From Strigamia acuminata (taxonomy: Eukaryota), in the NCBI GenBank assembly GCA_949358305.1, contig OX442314.1:4278001-4342000 (forward strand): 64,000 nt of DNA, in the 5' to 3' direction. The stretch's first letter is position 1, and each line of letters starts with the position of its first letter. The translations under genes were made by a program, and so were the position numbers. Below, one piece after another: positions 24,913 to 36,569 of this stretch. The notes beneath the pieces are model-generated. The model ran no database searches, was not told where the DNA came from, and saw only the letters and a program-made list of their open reading frames with translations.

Positions 24913-26428
24913 TTTATTCTGCTACAAATTGATAGACTAAACATCCAATAAGATTTAATCTTCTGACAGACTAACATCAAGCAAGTGATTTCCATAAAAA
25001 TTTACCGTTAACCTCTGGCTGTGCCGCCATTTCAAGCACTTCGTTGTAGCAATTGGAAAGTAATTTTGCCAATTTAGGTTTAAACGTCTTTTTCGACAGA
25101 AAGGCTAAAAGCAAAGCAAAAGAAAATGATGACTTAATAACAGATGGGGTAGACAATAAATATTGCAATTTACTTATAGCATCTGAAACACATCCTGGTT
25201 GATAAATTGATTCTGCGGCTTCACCCACTTTGTCTTCACTTTCAGTACAAACTTTAAATTCCTTTTTAAAAAGAACATCGACAAGATATTCGGAGAACAA
25301 GTTCTTCTTGCTGGTTAACTTTGCATACTCTTTCTAGGCAAGGCAAAGAGAAAAGTAAGTTTTAAACCAGGGGGTACGACATTCAACCGAATCTCCGAAT
25401 CTTGAATCTTTACATTTTATAAAAATTTTGAATTTTTTGTCGAAAATTAGACAAAAGTTAAAATATTTTCGATTTTTTTTTTATTAAAATAATCATCTAA
25501 ATCTTTCCGAATCCCATCCGAATCAGTTGAAAGATTCGAATCTCTGACATGCAGATTCTGATTGTCGTACCCCCTGGTTTATACAGTGGGTTTAACTTTA
25601 ACATACTGATTTGAATAGTTTTCCACATTTTGGTGCAGCTGAAAAGTCATAATCTTTCGCGTCGCAAAGAGTAGGCTGAAAAATTGAAAATGATGTAGGA
25701 AAGGGACAATAAGTTTGTCGTCACTGTAATAATTACTTCTATTTTCATTAGGGCAGATACACAGTTACAGGTATGCACGCCAAACTACAATAGTTAAGAT
25801 TATATTATAGTACTTTGCTTGGTTTAATTAGTGGCGCACAAGCCTCATGTGAATATGGCGTTCCCTTGTGTAAGGTTTTGTTAAATTTGTGAAATATTTT
25901 GATAAATTGGAAAAAAAATTGACTAATTATAAACAAATTTTGACAAATTATTGACAAATTTTGACAGATTATTGACAAATTTTGATAAATTATTGACAAA
26001 TTTTGACAAATTATTGACAAATTTTGACAGATTATTGACAAATTTTGACAAATTATTGACAAATTGGAGAAAATTTTGATGTTATTGAGAAATTTGAGAA
26101 GTTATGTTGGAAAATGTCAATTTGAAGCAGTTTAATTCTTTTGGTTGTACTAGGGGTCCCAAGTGCAGTTGATGACACTATTTTATGCAATCTTGTGTTT
26201 TGAGTGTACTTTGCCATCGTCTTGAGGGAATGTTTTCTCGATAACTTTGCAGAGTGCATTGGCAGATTTATTCTTAACATTACACGCCTTTAAAAATCAA
26301 AAAAAGAATAAATTATTTAAAAGCATATGGCAGTTATAAAGTTAACTTACCTGCTCTTCAGTTGCAGTGGTCGTAGAAACACAAACAACAGTCAATATGA
26401 GAATGAATTGACAATTGAAGTTGAACAT
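24913..26428 (-). CDS. Secreted 8(+1)-cysteine protein, paralogue D, 6-7 exons
   Basis: MFNFNCQFILILTVVCVSTTTATEEQ | ACNVKNKSANALCKVIEKTFPQDDGK | FGVHTCNCVSALMKIE | PTLCDAKDYDFSAAPKCGKLFKS | KEYAKL...FKVCTESEDKVGE...YQPGCVSDAI | ...LLSNCYNEVLEMAAQPEVN. The 3' end is uncertain (either a short terminal exon near 24913 or a stop at 24977). Confidence 0.8.
25925..26065. repeat. 21-bp intronic minisatellite (AATTATTGACAAATTTTGACA)
   Basis: About 6 tandem units. Confidence 0.9.
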
Positions 26429-26499
26429 TCTGCAGTACAAAACAAGTTGCAAACAAAGAAATTCTTGTTGCAAATGTAACGCCCCTACACTACAGTAAG

Positions 26500-26530
26500 G
26501 TGTTTATATATGCATTGCATTGGGCAATGA
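26500..26530 (-). promoter_or_regulatory. CCAAT plus TATA core promoter conserved upstream of the secreted-protein paralogues
   Basis: Minus strand reads TTGCCCAATGCAATGCATATATAAACAC. Similar blocks lie at ~15390-15420 and ~20039-20066, about 75-100 bp upstream of the respective ATGs. Confidence 0.6.
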
Positions 26531-27929
26531 CTGAATCTATGGATTAATGTCGGGAATAAATTACTATAGCACCTGCATGATGCTGCAATTCATTTACTGA
26601 AATAATAGAGCTGATGAATAAAAACGATCAACGGGATTTCATAGAAAAACAGTTTTTATAAAGTCATCCATCACATAAATTTGTTTCCAAACAATTACAA
26701 CAACTGCTCTATTATTTTATTGCCCAATTCAATGCAATTATAAACACCTTACAGAAGTAGAGGGACACTCACTACATTTTCATCAATTACTCCGTAAATT
26801 GGGTTTGTCATGAGAGTTTTTTGAATCCATTATGCAGAAGATATTGTTACGCGTACGGATTGTTCCGATTGTCGGTCGATCCATAGTGCGTTATTTGACT
26901 AAATTAAACGTTAAAGTTGCTAAATTTTGTCAACAGATGGCGTTGGCGTTTGGCTTGTGTCACCACCTCGTCATCTGGTTGATTGACTTGTCTAACAGGG
27001 GTGGCAGTCATAGTTTTCCTAATGGAATTTCGCCCAGCTTTGGTCAGTTCACTCCAGGACTTCATTCGTGAATGATCTCTTCTTTAATAAAAGTCTGATG
27101 CCGGCCAGATGATGGTCCGGCTGATGATCTCTTTTTTCTGATGTAAACATTGCTTTTGGTCACAGAAGGTTATCAATTTGTTTGTGTTAAAATTGTAAAG
27201 AGAGTTTAATTGTTTACTTGTTTGATGTAATTATAAAGTCATTTAATTACTTGAATTTATATAGATTGGAATAGTTTAGATTACTTCAGACAGCAATTGC
27301 TACGGTCTGACTTTGATTTAACTGTGAAACATTTGATTTGTTTAGTTGCGGACTTTCCTGCAGAAGAGTCCGGTTCAACAATAAAGATTAATTTGAATTT
27401 AAAACAAACACAAGAGTCATTCTTAATTCTCTATTACGTGATCTGGACTCAGGACTCAGAAACCACATAATAATATATTTTACTTTATTCCTTTAAATTT
27501 CTTGTATCAATTAATTGAGTATAAACAGATCACTCGTAAGACACACCATAACTTACACTTAGCTGGTTATTTTAGATCGGGTACACTGGAAAAAAATATG
27601 GCTTTAGGAATTGTAAATGTTCCAAAAATTCATGTGTAAAGTTGTTGATTAAAACAAAAATTTACACTCTTTGTAAATGTGACTTCACAAAGCTAAAAGT
27701 TCAGCTTTACATTAACTTTTCAGCAATTAAAAGATATTTAAAGCCCTATTTTTTTCCAGAGGTAAAGACGCAACTACGCGTTTGTTTATACGTAGTTTCC
27801 GAATAATATGTTGATTATAGATCAAGACAATTTTCAAATTTAAGTTGAACTGTCAACATGTGAGTATTCACACATGGTTCCCTAGCAACATGTTGGTTGA
27901 CTATAGATCGGTACAGTTTGTGTACAGAT

Positions 27930-28132
27930 CGGGACATTAGTTTGTCATCAGTTTTGACATCAGTTTGTTATGAGTTTTGACATCAGTTTGTTATGAGTTT
28001 TGACATTAGTCTGTCATGAGTTTTGACATTATTTTGTCAAGAGTTTTGACATGACTTTTGACATTAGTTTTGACATAAGTTTTGACATTAGTTTTGACAT
28101 TAGCTTGTCATGAGTTTGTCATGAGTTTTGAT
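27930..28132. repeat. Degenerate tandem repeat (GTTTTGACAT-based, ~11/22 bp)
   Basis: Repeated AGTTTTGACATTAGTTTGTCATG-like units. Confidence 0.85.
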
Positions 28133-28690
28133 ATGGCATTGTTTGTTTATATTTTTTGTTTACATAAAACTAACGAAAACGCAAGATATTATTGACGTCC
28201 GAAGTAAATAGACAACTACTTCTGTTGATAATAAATTCTTAAAAGAATATTTATGGTGATAAATTTGCAATTTTATTTTTACTATTTTATTAAATTTATA
28301 CAGGTTATGGCTGTACATACAACACTGTACTGAAGTTATATTCTTGCTATATCAACAATCACTACTCTAGTCTTTCAGTCGTCATGGAGCAATGGATGGT
28401 GCATCATCGCGCATGATTATTAAAAAATGGCCACTGTGATTACAACTCAACATCTAAGTGATATATTTTTTCAGACTTAAAATGTCATTTGACACACTAG
28501 GTGCATTCAATAAGTCTAAAACGTATGCAAAACTCGTTTCGTGTTTGCACCTGACGTCATTCCCATTGAATAAAATGTTATTCAATGGGAATTGGAATGA
28601 CGTCACGTAGTGGTTTTAGTTTCACGTATAAATTTATTAGTTACAGCGTGATTACAATTTCAAATGAGTAGAAAACCAGTTATAACTTTT

Positions 28691-31600
28691 TCAAATAAAA
28701 ACGTGCAGTGAAAGTAATGACAGTCCCAATGCTAATCCCACAATGCTGCCGACATCACTTAGCAATTGTGATATTGGATATTTTTGGCTATCTATTGTAG
28801 TTTCATCGAAACTATCAGCTGGCCGAAGCTTTATAAACGTGTAAAAATTAGGTTTGAGTTTAATTTCATGCATAATAGTTTGGTAATAAATATTTTCACA
28901 GGGTTGTTTACATTTGCAAGTTTTGAGATTGGAATTATAATTGTTAAAGTACAGGGAACGAGCACGAGTAATGTCTTGCACCGTGTTGCAAGGCGCCAAA
29001 TACGGTGTTGGCATGAACGGCAATCTGAAACCAATTATAATCATTTAATCAAATGTTGTCAGCATTTTCTAAACGGAACTACAACATTACCTGCAATTCA
29101 TCCTGTGAAATAAATTGTTATGCATGCAAGAAGTTTGACACGTGAAATAGGCAGTTTTGTTTTGTTCACACGGATTGTGTTTGGTATTTCTCTGTATGGT
29201 CTGTTTGATAACGTAAGCATGCTTTATAAATTTTGTTTTTGTAGTGCTTATACACAGTGTACCCTGTGTGGTTTGGACAACTCTGAGATCCAGAAAGTCT
29301 AAGTTTGGCAGATAAACAATCGTTTATATGGTAAATAAATGATTTGATTCAAAAACAAACATTTCGTCTACAAATTCGTCTGAGACAAAAATTTAGACAA
29401 TGTGACTGGTATCGTCTTTGCCTTGGCAGTCTGGGGACTGGTTACTATGGTTTGGGACGCATACTCACTTAATAATGACAAGAGATTCCATATTGTCGAT
29501 TCCTAGTCCATTGCCTTAACCACTGGGCCACCACTACAAACTATTGTTGTCTTTGAGCAGGCAGTCATGTTGATGAACAAAGTTGTGATGTCATATGTCA
29601 TGTGATATCAAATTACTTGGCTTCCAGAGTAAAGTTTGAACAGGCTAATCACCAAGTGTAGTGCTACACTTGACCTTTTTACTCAAAAAATCAAAAAATG
29701 GTGTTTCAACACACAGTAAGGAATCCTGTGTGTTGTAACTGTTTGTAACAATGTGAGAGAGAGGTGCATTTAAATATTTGAAAGGACCATTGCTCAGGTA
29801 ATGTGAATACTTTATTTAACAACAATTTTAACAATTGTGGATTACACACTCCTACGGTCTCCTTCTGAGCGTTGCAGTGGTGAATGGGGAGGAGACAGAG
29901 TCAGCAATAGGCACGACTGCCCTTGCTGGCTCAGGCCTTTCTTAACACATTCATTTGTCTCGGCCGAGACCAAGCACTCTATCTCGTGACCTCTCTCTAT
30001 GGTAGTCGTTCTTCAACTCTCTACTACTCCGCACACCACTCAGCTCCCTTCATCCCTCACTGGGTCATACCACTCCGCAAAAGAGGAATGATATTAGGGC
30101 CACTGGGCGGTGTGTGGCAGTGACGCGGGTCACCCTTGGGTGGTGCAGCGGTCACAACGAAAAGTAATTGAATTATTCAAAATTGTGTATAATTATTTTT
30201 CTGCTTTGTCTAGTCTGGACATATGACATTTGACCAATTTAGAGAACGGACTCAGGATCAGACAACTTTCTGGAGCTCGATCTATGTCTGGACAACACAG
30301 GGTACACTGTTCTTAGAAGATGCAATAAAACTCTGAACGAATGCGGAGTAACAAAATCATATTTTCTTGGAGTAGGTTTTTGGTCATTAAATCTAGCAGT
30401 TTTTAAAAATTGCAAAAACTAAAACTTTGAATGCACTCAGACGTCACCTTAGATATACGAAGAGCTAGTATAGTCGCTGCACCATAGTTTATAAACATAG
30501 GTGCTAGAATATTAACTTCATCTTCTGGATTATTTAGAAAAAACTGAAAAATATTGTAATTACCATTAATGCACTAATAGAATGTGGGTGTATTATTGAC
30601 ACCTAGATGTTCTAGTCATTTATTGGTATTGCTATTTATTATGAGTTTCTATGATGTCATTAATGTATGAGCGCCACCTGGTGCACTGTGCTTTATACCG
30701 TAAAGGAACTTTAACGGAACCACTTCCGGTTTTACGCTAACTCTAACACGTCTTTTTTCTGTACATCCACTTCAATCCTTAGACAGTCATCACTATTTAT
30801 TTTATCTTTAACAATCTTGTGTTCAGAACTTAGCATCAACATCCCAGGTGCAAATGCCACCTTGCATTGGCTGAACAAATTTTTTAGGAATTTAGATGAG
30901 AGATATAGTACCATTGCTTTTTAATCAACGTCTTTTCGCTTGTTGTTAACTACGGAGTATTTTTTATGAAATAAATTTACTTTAATCTTACCCATAGATG
31001 TTGTTCACAAACTTCTGGAGGAAAAAGACGTATAAATGCAATTATGACATCTGCTGTTACATGGTGGGTTTTTTCTTTAAATAAAAATTAAAAATAATCA
31101 ATATACTTTAAAAGATCCTGTACAGTACTTGCGAAGACTAATAGCTAGGGGAGGTGATTAATTCAACATCAGCGGGTTCTGGGAAAAGCTTGGTCTGCAG
31201 GATTACCCAATCTCCAAAATGACTCTGTTTAGACCACGCATCTAGTCTGCAGACTGTTACCGTATCAGATTTTTGTTGGGCCTTCAATAATTGAGTGGTT
31301 ATGATTATTGCAATAATCAACAAATCACAATAATTGCTCATTTAATGAAACTCCTTATTATAAATGCTTGTTTTTATGCTAAATGAGGCTCACAGCAGCT
31401 TGACAATTGATAACTCATGATATGTGAAGAAAAGAATTTGTAAACATCTTGCATTGCAAGCCGGTTATAGTTATTTTAGCGACGCTCATTTTAGCAATTT
31501 TTACAAAAAAAGTGCCATTTTAGCGATCACGTTTTAGCGACACGATTTACCGCGACAAGCCGGCTCAAAAAAGTGGTTTGCATAAAAAAACCAGCAAGGT

Positions 31601-34600
31601 TAGGTTCGCGGGGGGTCAAGGGCCCCCCCCCCTTGTTAGCCCTTCTTAGGAGTTAAACCTAAGTATTAGTGCCGTTTTGTGTCGCTAAAATGACACGTTC
31701 GCAAAAATGGTGTGTCGCTAAAATGAAATCGCTAAAATGTAGTACATCCTTGCAAGCATGTATTACTGCAGGTACAGAAATCATTGATCAAATTAATTTG
31801 TATAAACATGTAAAAGGAAATACTAGTTGTCTCGTTGTTTCGAAGGCATCAGAAAAGCAAAGGATGCTACCGTACTACCTTGAACAATGGCCCGGGCGTT
31901 TAATTTTTTTTTCGACTCGCCCGCCAAGTGTTTATTCAAAACCAGGCAATTATTCAAGCCAGGCCTCTATCCGAAAAAAAATTTAAAATAACAAGGTATA
32001 AAAAATTTGTGGTTGTGTGCACGTTTTTTCAAATTTTTTGGAGCTATACCGCTGTATTATTGGTAGAAATGCAGCAATGAAACAATGAAGGAGTGTTAAA
32101 TAGCTCATTTCTACCGTACATTACGTGTACGTGTACGGTAGACATAAAAATTTACAATAAACCCGGCGTTTAAACACGCCCGGCGTTTATTTGAGGCAGG
32201 CGCTTATTGGTTCTTTAGCTGGTGGTTGCCAGGCGCTTAATCAAGAGCCGGCGCTTAATTGCGCCCGGCCATTTTTCAAGGCAGTACGGTATACACAATA
32301 CAGAGTATAGACCTAAATTGTTGAACTGATAAGTTACCTGTGTTTACTTGTGAACAATTACCAAAAGGAAGTTGAATAAGACTGGTTGTTGTGTTTAGTA
32401 TTGTTTCATATCCCAAAAAGTGCTATAAATGTAAATTCTACATCATTTCTGTTGTATTTAAAAAAAAAAATCTATTGTACATACTTTAGTGAGCGTGTCG
32501 TTAACATTAACTGTTTGATGGATATTTAGCATCTTCCAAATATCTTGCAACGACAATTTATCATTGACTAATAGCCATGGTGATACTTCATTGCAGGTTT
32601 TGTTTGTCTGATAAATTTACTGCCGCCTCGCTTGTTCCATCTCATCACTGCGATTTTCACCACAGATTGTGACGGATGGAAACTGTATGAAGGCCCGTTG
32701 ATCTATAGTAATGATTTTTGACACAGGTTCTTCTATGTAGCAGCTTAAACGACATTGCAACAAGTATAGAGTGAATCCGACACTAATTACAACCAGCACA
32801 ATTTTAAGCTTTTTTAAAACTTTATTAGTTTCGATTTGCTCTTCACTCGCAATGACTTCTTTCTTGGTTAACTCATAGAGATGGCGAATCTTATCAATGC
32901 TTCTTATTTTGCGCATGGTTGCTACAACATAATATAAATACCAAATAATTTCAGGTAGTGAGATTACTGATAGACCGAGAAATAGTCCTAGATTGCCGCC
33001 TAAATCTGATAGTAAAGCAATAAGGTCGTAGGTGAAGCGTTCTTGATACACGGTAATTTTGTCGTTAGTTAGAGCTAAAGTCAGAGACATTATTTTTGGA
33101 TCATCTGCTTCGCCGGAATCAGTGTAGGGTGTGAAAGCCAGATGCTGACATGGAGGTCGACAAGAACAAGTAGTAATTGCATTTGTGGTGTCAATTAATT
33201 TATTGACTATGCCGTATTGATCGTGTGTAGCATTTGAACATTCACAAAGCGGTAAATTTATTTTCAGAAAAGGAAATCTTAAAAAAAAGAAAAGTGTGTG
33301 AAATTAGGATGGTTTTGTTGTGGGTGTGTATGGATTTGTGCAAAACATATTGATAATCTTGAGTGAATACGTATACAGTATATTATATGCTTTTTACCGG
33401 CAGGTTAGATCATTTTCTAATCTTTTGAACAAACACTTTTGGTAGCAGTCTCTGTATTCAGTTTCATTGGAGCATGCGCGTTTCGATGAATTGAGAAATA
33501 CGTACTGAAATTATACAAGTAGAAACATACTAGATCAGAGTTTCATTTTAAATGGGTTTAAATGTTACTTTGTCATAACTCAAATTTATTTTCACTGTTG
33601 TGCCAGTGGTTTCATATGTAGTGAAGAAAACTTTTCCAAAATTATGTAATGAAAATATAATCTATAAGTAAAAAAAAAAGAAGGAAATTTATTTCTCTTC
33701 TTGCTATTGGCATGAAATTTTATAACATTACTAGGTATAAGGCTTCAGGGCAGATGTCGTGATAAAACTTTTCAAAATTGACTGTCAGTTGTTTTCCAAC
33801 AAACGATTCACTAGAATTCTTAGCTAACCATAAAATGAAAAGATTATTTTACTTTTATACAGTTGAGTAATCAATAGTGAATGCATAAGGTGTATTCTAC
33901 AGGGTGAACAAAAAGTCTATCACTATAGTAAATATTTCTGAAAGTGCTGACAATTCATCTGATCTAATGATGGTAAAGTATTAAAGTTGGGTGGGGCAAT
34001 CTTTTGGTGACCCGAAATTTGACCTTGGGATGTTCCTTCAAGGTCATTGGGAAATTATCTCGGAAACCGTTAGAGATAAACAGAAATTTCCATTTATAAA
34101 CTTGTAGAGCAACATTTGTTTAGTCTAAAAATGACGAATTCTCAAAGCTGTTGTACTAAAAATTTTTAAGAAAATTGCAATTGAAAAAGTAGACACAAGT
34201 CAAAGGATAACATGGCCAAAATGGAAAAAGTGCCAAAAACGTGCTGATTAGACGTAAAATGATCCAAAAAAATCGATTCTCCTGGTCGGAATTTGCATAT
34301 CTGGCACCGTTGCAGAGATATGGGCAGAAAACTGAATTTTTTTATGACTTTCTTTTCAAAACTACTTTTTCAATTGCAATTTTCTTAAAATTTTTTGTAC
34401 AAAAGATTTGAGAATTAGTCATTTTTAGACTAAACAAATGTTGCTCTACAAGTTTACAGTTGGAAATTTCTGTCTATCTCTAACGGTTTCCGAGATAATT
34501 TCCCAATGACCTTGAAGGAACATTCCAAGGTAAAATTTCGGGTCACCAACAGATTGCCCCACCCAACTTTAATAGTTTACCATCATTAGATCAGATGAAT

Positions 34601-35309
34601 TGTCAGCACTTTCAGAAATATTTACTATAGTGATAGACTTTTTGTTTACTCTGTATACATAGTCAACTGCGCACTACAACTGTAGTGTTTTATTTACCAA
34701 ATTGAAATGCTGAGCAGATTCCGAATGCGTGATCTATTTCCTTCTGGATAAAGCTTTTGTTTGAAAATTCCTGCAGCGGTTTAAATAATTAGTTTTTATT
34801 CTTTGTCATAGTTTTTAATTTGTCTTTACTTTCATTTTGACGTTCACTATTGCTGTCGTCAAATTGGTGGCTTTCCAAACTTCATCCATATTGTAAATTG
34901 GGCGTTCCATAAGAGTTTTCATCATGTTTATGCACTCGTATGGATTCTTTCGACCTGTTTTATCTAATTCCTTACTCTTATTCCAAAGCATGGCCAATTC
35001 TTTTGAATGGCCACCACAGATCATCAAGTATGGTAAAACGACATCGTCTGATTTTTCTATTACGTCAACAGCCGTTGGATAACTAAAGTAATGCATTACT
35101 CTGTCATATGTCTGATAAGTGAGCACGCATGAGCAAAATAAGAACAAAATAAGCCAAAAGGTGTGACGTTTGCTCCAACGTTGTTTACTGTTAATGAAAT
35201 CATCCAAACCAGTTAAACAGCAGCTCGGTTTGTTCGCATCATCTCTCATTAATTGATGAATTGTTATTCGTAGTTTTCTGTTTCTTTTTTTGGTATAGTT
35301 ATTTTGCAT
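28691..35309 (-). pseudogene. Tandem two-domain DEG/ENaC (pickpocket-like) gene, copy 1, 11 exons, with an in-frame nonsense codon
   Basis: Exons 34830-35309, 34698-34770, 33732-33823, 33569-33661, 33398-33504, 32485-33277, 32338-32422, 30992-31074, 30448-30543, 29091-29200 and 28691-29024. They encode TM1 + YFSYPT/LPYLMIC, a Cys-rich thumb and TM2 LLSDLGGNLGLFLGLS, then a second TM1 + FPSVTIC, thumb and TM2 LLSDVGSIVGLALGLS. TAA at 32617-32619 and TGA at 28691 both align to TTA in copy 2. Confidence 0.8.
29255..30309. mobile_element. TIR element in an ENaC copy 1 intron
   Basis: CAGTGTACCCTGTGT... and ...ACACAGGGTACACTG inverted ends. It is absent from the short equivalent intron of copies 2 and 3. 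Confidence 0.65.
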
Positions 35310-35565
35310 TGTGTTGGTTATTCGCGCAACAAATATTATAGAAATGACTGAGTGGTTAATAATTACGGTTTTCCAGCTTACAAATGTGTCAGTAATGTAG
35401 AAGAGATATTGTGTGCTTTCGAGCAGAGTTGGTAGTTGCAGTTTCTGCTCTTAAACTGTTATGGAGTTCAAGGTAAACTGTCATGTCTGTCAACTTGTCG
35501 TAAATATTGAGGGGTGTGGCTAGTCAACTACCGATGAGTACACACATTGTGTGTATTCATTTATA

Positions 35566-35578
35566 GTTTCTTAGCAAC
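35566..35578. promoter_or_regulatory. RFX X-box-like motif upstream of ENaC copy 1
   Basis: GTTTCTTAGCAAC, 257 bp upstream of the ATG at 35309. The motif is conserved in the paralogous upstream regions. Confidence 0.55.
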
Positions 35579-36569
35579 ATGTGGGTTGATTATTGATTAG
35601 TACAGTGTTACGGTTTTGCAACTGTAAAAGTGGCAGTAATTACCACCAGAGCTCGCTGCACCGATGTAAATTGCGAAATTTTAACTTAAAATACAGAAAT
35701 GTATCGCAATGTAAATAAATCTACAACATTTGATATTATTTAGCATTGAATCTATTTTGTAACAATAATCAGCAATGTAAAGGACACTGGAAAAAAATAT
35801 GGCTTTAGGAATTGTAAACGTTCCAAAAATTCATGTGTTTTTGTAAAGTTGTTGTATAATCAAACAAAAATTAGAAATTTAACGTTGTATTTACAAACTT
35901 CTTAAATTTCATGTATAAATTATACATTTACATTAAATTTAAGTTGCTTGTAAATGACTTGGAAAGTTAACATACCGTACCCCCCCCCCCCCTCAGTCGG
36001 GTCAGTTCGGGGCGGTGCGCTGTGCACTAAACGCTGCTGACACACTGGCATTTAAAAGAGTCTCAGCGACTATTTAAACCCAGCGGTTTATTCAAGGCAG
36101 TATGGTATGAGATTAAAAATTTAAATTTGTTAAATGTGGGGTTCTATTAATTTTAATTCAAAATTTAATTAAAATGTCATTGATGGAATTAAATGAAACA
36201 AAAAAAGTTATAAAATTCTGTAGTTCAACATTTTAATTTGGTTCTAGAATTTGTAACACGATGACATAGATGCGAGCTAGTATCATTGCCTTCGGTTGAT
36301 TTTGTCCACACTTTTGATCGAGGCTATGAATCTTGTGCATATCTTATATATGTGTGAGATTTTCATGAAAATTTAATGGATTTTCATAGGATTGATTTTT
36401 ATCTTTATTTTGTTAGTAATGATAAATGGAATTCTTAATCATACAAGTGGCAAAAGTGGATATGTATATTTAATTGTGGATAGATCATGAATTGTAATGT
36501 GCATGCGAAGTGTGCAGACTTATAGGTATTAAGTGAGTTGTAATTGGTGCAGAAACATTAGCATCAATC

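Noticed and set aside
12251..26428. Calling the secreted proteins classic odorant-binding or chemosensory proteins
   Set aside because: The cysteine spacing (CxC, 8 Cys) does not match the OBP C-x3-C / C-x8-C pattern or the four-Cys CSP pattern.
26845..27380. Possible solo LTR (TGTT...AACA with AATAAA)
   Set aside because: The flanks (GATAT / ATAAA) do not form a TSD and there is no second copy in the window, so support is insufficient.
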